From a bacterium (lineage in GTDB: Bacteria > Hinthialibacterota > Hinthialibacteria > Hinthialibacterales > Hinthialibacteraceae), in the NCBI GenBank assembly GCA_963662285.2, contig CAXXMV010000002.1, positions 1,472,001-1,536,000 of the forward strand: 64,000 nucleotides of DNA. The letters run 5' to 3'. Positions 21,894-31,409 of this stretch are shown here, piece after piece; position 1 is the stretch's first letter; the number at the start of each line of letters is the position of its first letter. The notes under the pieces were generated by a model. That model was not told the origin of the DNA, searched no databases, and was given only the letters and a program-made list of their open reading frames with translations. A program made the position numbers and the translations under genes.

Positions 21894-22964
21894 CTAAGAT
21901 TTATCCCCCTCTGATTCTGATGAATCCTGAGTGGTTTTATTGGCTTCACGCAGCATGGATTGCGTATCAAGATTATTCTCTTCATAAGCAGCAACGATTT
22001 TTCGCACTAACGGATGCCTTACGATATCATTTTTATTCATATGCACGAAACCGATGCCTTCTATCTCTTTCAATATATTGCATGCTTCTATCAATCCGCT
22101 TTCACGTCCTATGGGCAAATCAATTTGTGTTATATCTCCGGTAATCACCGCTTTGCTGTCTATTCCTATACGGGTTAAAAACATCTTCATCTGTTCTTTG
22201 GTGGTGTTCTGGGCTTCATCCAAAATCACAAATGAGTTATTCAATGTCCGCCCCCGCATATACGCCAACGGCGCAATCTCTACTACCCTCTGGGCAATAT
22301 AACGCTGCACCAGATCAGGATGAAGCATATCATATAATCCGTCATACAATGGACGTAGAAAAGGATCAACTTTGGCTTGTAAATCGCCCGGTAAAAATCC
22401 CAACGACTCCCCGGCTTCTACCGCTGGACGGGCTAGAATAATGCGTCGCACCCGCTTGGTCTGCAAAGCGGATACTGCCGTGGCTACAGCAAGATAGGTC
22501 TTTCCCGTTCCCGCAGGACCAATCCCGAATACTATATCATTTTTTGCGATGGCATTGATATACTTCCTCTGACCTGGAGTCTTGGATTTTATCATCCCCT
22601 TTCGGGAACGCAGAGGCATTGTGACTGGAGTAAACTCTTCAATCCTGGGGGGCGCCGATTCCTCTTCCAGCGATGCCGCCAAATATTCCACGTCACGCGT
22701 GGTTATTATCTCCCCGTTTCTATATAACTTCAGCATCTCTTCAAAAATACTGATTACCTGATTCACTTCCCTGGTTCGACCGGAAACTTTTATGGTTTCG
22801 CCGCGGGCGACTATACGGGCGCCGAAATGCTCTCTCAGGATGCGTAAATTCTCATCTTTTATTCCGAATAGATTCTGACTCTCGCCAGAATCGACTAGTT
22901 GTATAGTTTTTTGAATATTCTGCGCCGCAATATTTACTTGAATAGCCACAATAAGTAAGTACAA
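21894..22964 (-). CDS. phoH: PhoH-like ATPase
   Basis: GPAGTGKT, RPAVEAGESLGFLPG, MRGRT, DEAQN; exact start uncertain. Confidence 0.95.
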   Translation of the reverse strand: MYLLIVAIQVNIAAQNIQKTIQLVDSGESQNLFGIKDENLRILREHFGARIVARGETIKVSGRTREVNQVISIFEEMLKLYRNGEIITTRDVEYLAASLEEESAPPRIEEFTPVTMPLRSRKGMIKSKTPGQRKYINAIAKNDIVFGIGPAGTGKTYLAVATAVSALQTKRVRRIILARPAVEAGESLGFLPGDLQAKVDPFLRPLYDGLYDMLHPDLVQRYIAQRVVEIAPLAYMRGRTLNNSFVILDEAQNTTKEQMKMFLTRIGIDSKAVITGDITQIDLPIGRESGLIEACNILKEIEGIGFVHMNKNDIVRHPLVRKIVAAYEENNLDTQSMLREANKTTQDSSESEGDKS

Positions 22965-23501
22965 ACCTCCTGAAAGGATGATTTATCGATAGACCATGTC
23001 TCTGAATGTAAATTCTTCACGTTTGGATATATTGATTGGGATTTATCGAATAATGAAAGTATTAAATTAGATGGTTCATGATTTGATTTTGAATATTGAT
23101 TACGAGCACAACCATACGTTTGAACTCTTCTTTGTGAAAAGCGTCCCGTTGGTTCATTTGTATATTTTGCTACGGTAAGACTCTCTCCCATCATTCTCTG
23201 ACTAGATGGAGGGTGCCCGTCCGTTTCACTCGTGTTCTCATTCATCAATCAAAGTCTACCAATCCCTATCGCTTATGTCAATAAAGGATTTACTCAAAAG
23301 TTTTTAATAGCAAGGCTGCTTATCCTAAACCAAACAGCTCAAGGCGATGATTCAACTGACAAGCATTTTATATTTACTGTATAATTAGAGAAGGATTCAC
23401 TCACCATGAATATTCCCTTTTAATAAACGTCTAATTTTTCTAAAGATGTTTGTATAAAATATTTGGATAAAAACATTCTTAATCGCTATAATCAACCAAG
23501 T

Positions 23502-23945
23502 CCCCTCTCCCGCCGGGATTTACATAAGTAGGGGCAATTCCCTTGTGGTTACCCGATAAATAGAAACATATCTTAATACGAATCAGGAGGCTATGATGAT
23601 GCATATTGGATTTATAGAGTTGCTCTTGGTGATACCGCTTACGCTGGGTGCCAAGGGCAAGAGCTGGGTGCCAAGGGCAAGAGCGCATTGCGCTCAGCCC
23701 TTGAAAACCACCTACGATAAAAAACCACCTACGCGTAGGGTGGGTCACGCCTCACCGACCCACCGGAAATACTGGGCGTAGGATGGGCTGGGTGCCAAGG
23801 GCAAGAGCGCATTGCGCTCAGCCCTTGAAAACCACCTACGATAAAAAACCACCTACGCGTAGGGTGGATCACGCCTCACCGACCCACCGGAAATACTGGG
23901 CGTAGGATGGGCTAAAAGCGAAAGCGTAGCCCACCAAAAACCACC
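23502..23945. repeat. REP mosaic with a 124-bp tandem duplication
   Basis: REP hairpins at 23666 and 23790; GTAG-type hairpins at 23528, 23735, 23859, 23902. Confidence 0.9.
23593..23645 (+). pseudogene. Truncated duplicate of the 5' end of the small membrane protein gene at 23978
   Basis: CAGGAGG RBS plus MMMHIGFIELLLVIPLT, cut off by a REP at 23646. Confidence 0.7.
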
Positions 23946-23977
23946 TTTATTATTAATAATCAGGAGGTTAGATAATC

Positions 23978-24145
23978 ATGATGAATATTGGATTTATAGA
24001 ATTGCTTTTGGTGATACCGCTTACGCTTATTACATTAGCAATCCCGGTCTTCATTCTTTACTTATTGTTCAGAATTCATTCAAAAAATGTCGATCTAACT
24101 CGTAGAGTTGAGTACCTTGAACAAATGATTAAGAAAAATGATTAG
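23978..24145 (+). CDS. Small (55 aa) membrane protein
   Basis: Below the track cutoff. CAGGAGG RBS; MMNIGFIELLLVIPLTLITLAIPVFILYLLFRIHSKNVDLTRRVEYLEQMIKKND* (TM plus short coiled coil). Confidence 0.7.
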   Translation: MMNIGFIELLLVIPLTLITLAIPVFILYLLFRIHSKNVDLTRRVEYLEQMIKKND

Positions 24146-24318
24146 TTTTATAATGAAATTATTTATAAAACGTACAATGATACGATGTTACGATAGAATA
24201 TACGCATTTTTTCCTTTTATCCCACTTGGGATTATGGCGTCTTGCATGTAAAGTTTTTTTCTTGACCGCGAATATATAGTCGCGGTTGTCTAAGTACTTA
24301 TTTTTACTGGAGTTCATC

Positions 24319-25389
24319 ATGGAAAAGAAGAGAGCAGCAGTTTTAGGAGCAACAGGAGCAGCAGGACAACAATTCATCGAAGCGCTCAAGGATCACCCCT
24401 GGTTTGAAATTGCGGGTTTATACGCTTCAGAGCGTTCTGAAGGCAAACCTTATGGCGTAGCAGCAAAATGGTTCACTTCGTCGCCATTGCCCGACGATAT
24501 TGCCGCAATTACCGTAGGCAACGTTGAAAAAGCCATTAATGACATTGATAAATACGATATCTTCTTTTCCGCGCTGCCATCGGATGTATCTAAAGTGATG
24601 GAGGGAAACTTCGCTAAATATAAACCTGTTATCAGCACCGCTTCCGGCTATCGCTACGAAGACGATGTCCCCATACTGGTTCCCGAAGTTAACGCAGGAC
24701 ATACTCCTCTTATCGAACGCCAGCAAAAAGAACGCGGCTGGAAAGGCTTCGTAGTTCCCGGTCCCAACTGCACAACAATGGGCTTAATCATCTCACTGAA
24801 GCCCATTTATGAAACATTCGGAGTCAAAAGAGTCTTTATGACATCCATGCAGGCGCTATCCGGCGCCGGATACCCCGGTCATTCCAGTCTCGACATTGTT
24901 GACAACATGATCCCCTTCATAGCTAAAGAAGAGGGTAAAGTTGTTCTGGAAACCATCAAGTCGCTGGGCAAATACAGCAATGGCGCTATCCAAAACGCTG
25001 ATTTTCCAGTCAGTTGCACCTGCACCCGCGTCGCCACCATCGATGGTCACATGCTCTCCATCTTCGTCAATACCGAAAAACCATGCACGCCGGATGATAT
25101 TCGCGCTGTATTCAAAGAGTACAACGATAAATGTCGTAAGGAATTTGGCGAGTTGCCCTCAGCGCCAAAAGACACCATCGTTGTCAAAGAAGAGGAAAAC
25201 CGTCCTCAACCGCGTCTCGACCGCGAAATCGGCGATGGAATGACAACCGTAGTCGGTCGTATCCGTCAGGATGAAGTCTATGGCCAAAACGGAGTTAAAT
25301 ACGTCGCTCTGTCACACAACACCAAACGCGGCGCCGCCAAAGGCGAAATGCTAGTCGCCGAATACCTCATCAAACAAGGTTACTTCTAG
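24319..25389 (+). CDS. asd: Aspartate-semialdehyde dehydrogenase (archaeal/fungal-like type)
   Basis: GATGAAGQ, PNCTT catalytic Cys, QALSGAGYPG, QPRLDR, HNTKRGAA; GGAG RBS before ATG 24319. Confidence 0.92.
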   Translation: MEKKRAAVLGATGAAGQQFIEALKDHPWFEIAGLYASERSEGKPYGVAAKWFTSSPLPDDIAAITVGNVEKAINDIDKYDIFFSALPSDVSKVMEGNFAKYKPVISTASGYRYEDDVPILVPEVNAGHTPLIERQQKERGWKGFVVPGPNCTTMGLIISLKPIYETFGVKRVFMTSMQALSGAGYPGHSSLDIVDNMIPFIAKEEGKVVLETIKSLGKYSNGAIQNADFPVSCTCTRVATIDGHMLSIFVNTEKPCTPDDIRAVFKEYNDKCRKEFGELPSAPKDTIVVKEEENRPQPRLDREIGDGMTTVVGRIRQDEVYGQNGVKYVALSHNTKRGAAKGEMLVAEYLIKQGYF

Positions 25390-25412
25390 CAGGTTGGGTG
25401 GGCTAACAAAAA

Positions 25413-25489
25413 GTAGGGTGGGTCACGCCTCACCGACCCACCAAAACCACCTACGCGTAGGGTGGGCTAAAAGCGAAGCGTAGCCCACC
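25413..25489. repeat. Two GTAG-type REP hairpins
   Basis: GTAGGGTGGGTCACGCCTCACCGACCCACC and GTAGGGTGGGCTAAAAGCGAAGCGTAGCCCACC; also seen at 23735, 23902, 29135, 31369. Confidence 0.8.
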
Positions 25490-25524
25490 AAAACCACCTT
25501 AACGAAATCAAAAAACAAACATAA

Positions 25525-25551
25525 CGGCGTACTGGTGAATCCAGTACGCCG
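25525..25551 (+). terminator. Probable intrinsic terminator of asd
   Basis: CGGCGTACTGG-tgaat-CCAGTACGCCG followed by cgtttctt. Confidence 0.55.
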
Positions 25552-25654
25552 CGTTTCTTCAGATAGTTCAACAGCCCTTTTCTCTTCTATATTATTATTC
25601 TATAACTTCATTACTGTTTAATGATTATCCTATGAGGTACATCAAGTAATTACT

Positions 25655-27931
25655 ATGGTTCAACCACTGACCAACCAAACCAATAGCCATACATGGCTTT
25701 CTTCAATACTCCAAGAGTTTCGCCTTGAACGCCTTTTACCCAGCATCACGGCGGGTTTAATTGTCGGGATTCTGGTTATTTTTATCGAAATCTCCTTTGC
25801 AGCGCTAATCTTTTCCGGCGACCTCTCGGTCTATATGCCCAATGGCATTGGATACTTACTACTGGGTTCCTTCATCATCGGCGTGATCGTATCGCTCACC
25901 AGCTCTTTTTCCGGCATGATAGCCTTACCCCAAGACAGCCCTACCGCCATTATGGCGCTGGTCGCCGCCGCTATAGCCGCCAGTATGCCGGAGACTGCAA
26001 CCTCCGATAATCTCTTCTTCACTGTTGTCGCATCTATCGCCCTCTCATCGATTCTGACCGGCATTTTCTTTATGCTCCTCGGAACATTTAAGTTAGGCAG
26101 TTTAATCCGCTTTATCCCCTATCCGGTGATAGGCGGTTTCCTCGCCGGTACTGGATGGCTGCTGATGAAGGGCGCTATCGGCGTAATGACTGATGTCTCC
26201 GTCACATTCATCACATTACCATCATTCTTCCAATTATCCGTTATAATCAAATGGGCGCCCGGTGTTCTGTTTGGTTTATTATTGCTCTTTGTTTTACGGA
26301 AATATCATCATTTTCTGGTTATGCCATCCATGTTAGCATCAACCATTGTTCTGTTTTATATTGCATTGGCATGTACCAATATTTCAGTATCCGAAGCCAG
26401 CGCCCAGGGTTGGCTTTTAGGGCCATTCCAGGAAAGTGGTCTCTGGCGCCCCTTAACCATTTCATCACTCAGTCATGTCCATTGGCCAATCATCTTCGCG
26501 CAAACCGGCAGCATCTTATCCATCCTTATCGTCAGCGTAATTTCACTCTTGCTCAATGCTGGTGGAGTCGAACTCTCCGTGCGGCGTGATATCGACTTAA
26601 ACCGGGAATTGCAATGCGCCGGCGTTTCCAATCTTATCCTGGGGCCATGCGGCTGTTCTCCGGGATTTCATGCCATGTCCCTATCCGCTCTGGGTTATAA
26701 ACTTGGTTCCGACAGCCGCATGGTCGGTCTTATCTCGGCGCTGATGTGCGGCGTCATATTCTACTTTGGCGCTTCGATTCTCGGTTTTTTCCCCAAATTC
26801 GTCCTCGGCGGTTTGCTTTTCTTCCTGGGTCTCTCCTTTCTCTCTGAATGGGTATACGACTCACGATCCACTCTCCCCAAAGCCGATTACATTCTTGTCC
26901 TGATTATCCTCGGTATTGTGGGTACCTTTGGTTTTTTATCTGGAGTAATCGCAGGAATCTTTATCTCGGTTGTGCTTTTCGTGGTCAAATACAGCCGTAT
27001 CAATGTAGTCAAACATGTTCTATCAGGCGCCAATTTCCGCAGCAACGTCGACCGCTCTATGCCCCATCAGACCATCCTCAAAGATAAGGGAGATCAACTT
27101 CTCATCTTCAAATTGCAGGGATTCATCTTTTTCGGTACAGCCTACAATCTGATGACCCAGGTTCGTCAACGGGCCTCTGACCCGGACGCGCCCACTTTAC
27201 GCTATGTGATTTTCGATTTCAAACTGGTAACCGGATTGGATTCATCCGCTATCAATAGTTTTGATAAAATGAAGCAGGTTGCTGAATCGCAGAATATTAT
27301 CCTGATGTTTGTTTCTCTCTCTGATCAGATTCAACGCCGGTTTGAGATCGGTGGATACAAGGATGATGAAGAATCAGTAGTCCGCATACGGCCTGATTTG
27401 GATCACGGGATGGAATGGTGTGAAGAGAAAATCATAGAAAACGTAAAACCATCCCATTCTCAAGATCGATCCGCATTACTGGAGTCTTCTTTTGAAGACA
27501 TCATGAAATTTCTTGATAAACAAGAACTGTTTGAGTCGATTATCACCGATCTTAATCCATATCTGGAACAACAATCTACTGAAAAGGGAGATTACTTGAT
27601 CCGGCAGGGAGATTCTCCTGATTCTTTATACTTCCTTGAATCGGGCATGATCACCATTCAATTCGAGCATGAAGGCGGCAAAACAACACGCCTGAGAACC
27701 ATGCATTTCGGAACGGTTGTCGGTGAACTGGGCTTTTACCTGCTACAACCAGCCAGCGCATCTGTCGTAGTGTGCGAACCGGGAACAGTATATCGGCTCT
27801 CTATCGACGCCTTGCAAAAAATGACGGAAGCCGATCCTCAACTAGCCGTCAATTTCCATGATTTCATGGCCAAACTATTATGCGAAAAACTATCCACATC
27901 CAACGTCCTGCTAAGATCACTTATGGATTAA
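25655..27931 (+). CDS. SulP-family anion transporter with STAS and cNMP-binding domains
   Basis: RFIPYPVIGGF, LQGFIFFG (STAS), GTVVGELGF (cNMP). Confidence 0.92.
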   Translation: MVQPLTNQTNSHTWLSSILQEFRLERLLPSITAGLIVGILVIFIEISFAALIFSGDLSVYMPNGIGYLLLGSFIIGVIVSLTSSFSGMIALPQDSPTAIMALVAAAIAASMPETATSDNLFFTVVASIALSSILTGIFFMLLGTFKLGSLIRFIPYPVIGGFLAGTGWLLMKGAIGVMTDVSVTFITLPSFFQLSVIIKWAPGVLFGLLLLFVLRKYHHFLVMPSMLASTIVLFYIALACTNISVSEASAQGWLLGPFQESGLWRPLTISSLSHVHWPIIFAQTGSILSILIVSVISLLLNAGGVELSVRRDIDLNRELQCAGVSNLILGPCGCSPGFHAMSLSALGYKLGSDSRMVGLISALMCGVIFYFGASILGFFPKFVLGGLLFFLGLSFLSEWVYDSRSTLPKADYILVLIILGIVGTFGFLSGVIAGIFISVVLFVVKYSRINVVKHVLSGANFRSNVDRSMPHQTILKDKGDQLLIFKLQGFIFFGTAYNLMTQVRQRASDPDAPTLRYVIFDFKLVTGLDSSAINSFDKMKQVAESQNIILMFVSLSDQIQRRFEIGGYKDDEESVVRIRPDLDHGMEWCEEKIIENVKPSHSQDRSALLESSFEDIMKFLDKQELFESIITDLNPYLEQQSTEKGDYLIRQGDSPDSLYFLESGMITIQFEHEGGKTTRLRTMHFGTVVGELGFYLLQPASASVVVCEPGTVYRLSIDALQKMTEADPQLAVNFHDFMAKLLCEKLSTSNVLLRSLMD

Positions 27932-28398
27932 TACAGCCATATTACTATACATATAAATGCATCTAAATGCATCTAAATCTAAAATCCCTGATCCAACATG
28001 TAGGGCGCCCCCTCGTGGGCGCCCGAATCTCCAAATACTCCAAACGGATGAATTCGTTCATAGGCGCCAGGTGAGTATTGGGTACTGGGCGCCAAGGGCA
28101 AGACTGCATTGGTTCCAGTCTTTGATGCGATAAACTAAGCATCTCAAAACTTCACTCCGGCAAAAACGGGTTCGACGAACTCCTAGAGCAATTGTCAAAA
28201 ATTTGTTCCTTATACCAGAATGAATAAATTGGCGATACTGTAAAACTTTTAACCCGATAACCGATGTTATAATAAGTATAATATAGTCAGTGAATTATGG
28301 ATATATCTTTAAGAGTTACACCCATTTACATTTCCCAATTTTAAAGTATTATTTTAACGGTTTAAATCTGATCTTTCACTTATCAAAGATAAAAAATT

Positions 28399-29013
28399 AT
28401 GAGCGAATCAAAACCTATCTTTCGATCCAGCAAAGACCAAGTCTGGGAAAAACTAAGCCAGGAAATCGCGGGAAAGTTTGTTGCTGGTGAAACCAGCAAG
28501 GGAGGCAAAATCGTCGCCAAGGTGAACGATTGGGTCGTCACGTTGGACTTGCACCAGTTCGATACCCAACACGACCATGTGACTTATACCCGCCTTCGCG
28601 CTCCCTATATCAATAAAGACGGATTCCGTTTTCTGATCTATCGCCAGTCTTTCTTCTCAGCTCTCGAAAAAGTATTTGGTCTTCAAGACATTCAAATCAA
28701 TGAGCCGGAACTCGATAATAATTACATCATTCAGGGAAACAATGACGACAAAGTCAAGCAACTATTCTCTAATGCCAAAATTCGTGAAATTATCAAATCG
28801 ATTCCGGTCTTCTATAGCGAAGTGCGCAATGACGATGGTTATTTCCATGATGAATTTCCCCAAGGCGTGGACGAATTGTATTGCCTGGTCGAAGGAGAAA
28901 TACTAGATGAAAACAAACTGAAAGATTTGTTCGATCTGTTCGCCGAAATCCTCAACCATCTCTGCCATATCGATTCGGCTTACGAAATCGATCCCTGTAT
29001 CGAATTAGAATAG
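28399..29013 (+). CDS. Conserved hypothetical protein (DUF3137-like)
   Basis: TYTRLRAPYINKDGFRF, GLQDI, LCHIDSAY; clean 204-aa ORF. Confidence 0.65.
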   Translation: MSESKPIFRSSKDQVWEKLSQEIAGKFVAGETSKGGKIVAKVNDWVVTLDLHQFDTQHDHVTYTRLRAPYINKDGFRFLIYRQSFFSALEKVFGLQDIQINEPELDNNYIIQGNNDDKVKQLFSNAKIREIIKSIPVFYSEVRNDDGYFHDEFPQGVDELYCLVEGEILDENKLKDLFDLFAEILNHLCHIDSAYEIDPCIELE

Positions 29014-29384
29014 GATCATAATCTTCTGACAATTAGAATTGTTGCGCCCGGACGCCAAGAGCCGGGCGCCAAGGGCAAGACCGCAGTGCGTCCAGCCCTT
29101 GATTAAGCCACCAAAGAAAACAATTCACCACCGCGTAGGGTGGGTCACGCCTCACCGACCCACCAAAAATCCACCCCCGAAAACCAACCACTATCACCTA
29201 ATTAATCTCAAAAAAATCCTTGAATCATCATGACGCGCCTGATATTCCGGGCGCCCATGAAGGACGCCCCTACGGGTTTATCATGTGTTTTTTTGTTGGT
29301 AAAGATTATTGGATTAACGTAGGTGATCGCATCAAGGGCTGACCGCGATGCGGTCTTGCCCCTGGCGCCCGCCTCTCCCAGCGG

Positions 29385-30891
29385 TGTACAGACCGGGTAG
29401 ATGGGTAACACATGTTCGGGGACATGGGTTACAGTTTTTTATCAAAACCGGGATTTATCCCAGGTTATTGTTTGAGTTTTTTTTTAGGCATCTAGAGATG
29501 CTCAGGATAATTGGTTGGCTTAGAGGGAGGAGGTGAATATTTCACCTCCTGCATTATCCCTCGCACCTCGGATCGGCTATCCCTGGCGGGTTGCACTCCT
29601 GCAGCGCCCGCTTCCGTTTCGCCCAACCAATTTCTATTGTGACGCCTTTTTCTGGATTGCCAAGTTATCTTCTTTGATTTCATTCAAACGCAGATCGAGC
29701 GTCTTGATTTTTTGTCGGCAAAAATATACGTCCATCATCCCATCGGTCATAGCGGGTTTCAAGGCAACCGGGCATCCTACCAGGGCGCGGCTCACCCGGT
29801 AATCTTCACCACGGTACGCCACCCGACCTCCTTGTTGCACCTTCCTGATAATGCTGCCCGGCGCGTACTCGATATCCGGCAAACTTCCCGGATAAACAAA
29901 AGGACTGGACGTATAATGGTTAGCCGGGACATCCATATCCAGGGCTTCGTGAGGACGCTCAAAATTGTATTCATAACGCCACTCATCAAACCGCCTTTGG
30001 CAATATTCCAAATCCACAAACGATTCCCTTATCAGCAATTCTTGCTTAAAGGTCCGGTGAAATCGCTCGACCTTGCCTTGGGTTTGCGGATGGTAGGGGC
30101 GACCGTGATACACGCGAATACCCAATCGTATCAGCCATATTGTCAATCTGGTGTATTCGCAGGTTTTGCATCCTCCCCACGGACTTCCGTTATCCATCAA
30201 CATCGCCCGAGGCATACCATACATCCTGAACACGCTTTCCAGGGAGTCTTGCACGGTTTCCCTTTGCTGATTGGCGCACGAAAATAATCCGGGAACAAAG
30301 CGCGTGCAATCATCCAGAATGCTGAGCGGATAACAGCGTGCTTTGAGCGTGGGAAAATCTCCTTTGAAATCCATTTGCCACAATTCGTTGGGCGTATCTT
30401 TTTCAAAACGCTTATAGGCTTTGTGCTTGTGACTTTCCTTTTCATCCAGCAATCCCAGTCGGCGTAACACGGCAGTAATAGTGCTGGCGCTAGGAACATT
30501 TTCGTATCCCAATTGAATCAGACGAGAGCGAATTTTGCGTCCTCCCCATCCTTTTTCGCGATTTTCTGTAATGGCTTGCTCGATAGACTTATCTGTTTGA
30601 TGAGGGCAAGTATTGGGTTTTTTGGAACGGTCTTGGAGATTTTCGCCTCCTCCTTCTTTGTACCGTTTGATCCATTTGTAACCCGTCTTACGGCTGATAT
30701 CAAACCGTTTACATAATTGGCTGATGTTGCTTTCTTCTTGCTGGCTCAACAATACGAATTCTTTTCTCAGAGACATAAGGTCCACCTCGTTCCAGGGCAT
30801 ATTCTTCGCCTCCTTTCAAGGCTAGAATACACTCAGGGAATGTGTTACCTATGTCCCCGAACACCTGTTACCCATGTCCCAGGCCTTTACA
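29385..30891 (-). mobile_element. IS481-family insertion sequence, copy 2 (1507 bp)
   Basis: Reverse complement of copy 1, nearly identical; 5-bp duplication AGCGG (29380-29384 / 30892-30896). Confidence 0.95.
29634..30800 (-). CDS. IS481-family transposase
   Basis: Same as the copy 1 protein except GGVENL/GGGENL. Confidence 0.95.
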   Translation of the reverse strand: MPWNEVDLMSLRKEFVLLSQQEESNISQLCKRFDISRKTGYKWIKRYKEGGGENLQDRSKKPNTCPHQTDKSIEQAITENREKGWGGRKIRSRLIQLGYENVPSASTITAVLRRLGLLDEKESHKHKAYKRFEKDTPNELWQMDFKGDFPTLKARCYPLSILDDCTRFVPGLFSCANQQRETVQDSLESVFRMYGMPRAMLMDNGSPWGGCKTCEYTRLTIWLIRLGIRVYHGRPYHPQTQGKVERFHRTFKQELLIRESFVDLEYCQRRFDEWRYEYNFERPHEALDMDVPANHYTSSPFVYPGSLPDIEYAPGSIIRKVQQGGRVAYRGEDYRVSRALVGCPVALKPAMTDGMMDVYFCRQKIKTLDLRLNEIKEDNLAIQKKASQ

Positions 30892-31409
30892 AGCGGTAGA
30901 GGGGAGTTGGTTATCCGGTGTTTTTTTTGTTGGTAAAGATCATTGGATTACCATAGGTGTAGTCAAGGGCAGAAAGGACACTGCCCTTGGCACCCATCCT
31001 GATTTTGGATACGCTTTGTTTTTTTTATATTCATCGTTAATTATCATATTGGGCGCCCATGAAGGACGCCCCTACGGGTTTATCATGTGTTTTTTTGTTG
31101 GTAAAGATTATTGGATTAACGTAGGTGATCGTATCAAGGGCTGACCGCGTTGCGGTCTTGCCCTTGGCGCCCGCCCTTGGCGCCCGCCCGTCATCGCATA
31201 AACCGTAGGTGGAATCATCATCGGGCAACCATGAAGGATTGCTCCTACGGGTTATTATCGTTGGTGGTTTTTGTAGGGGCGCTTTTCATGGGCGCCCAAC
31301 CGAATGACCTGGGCGCCAAGGGCATTGTATTTTTTGCCCTTGATGCGATTACCTGTGTATTTCAGCAGGTAGGGCGGGCTAAAAGCGAAAGCGTAGTCCT
31401 AAAAACCAC

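Noticed and set aside
14325-30891. Composite transposon or invertible segment between the two inverted IS481 copies
   Set aside because: Each copy has its own matching 5-bp target duplication, so they are independent insertions around core genes
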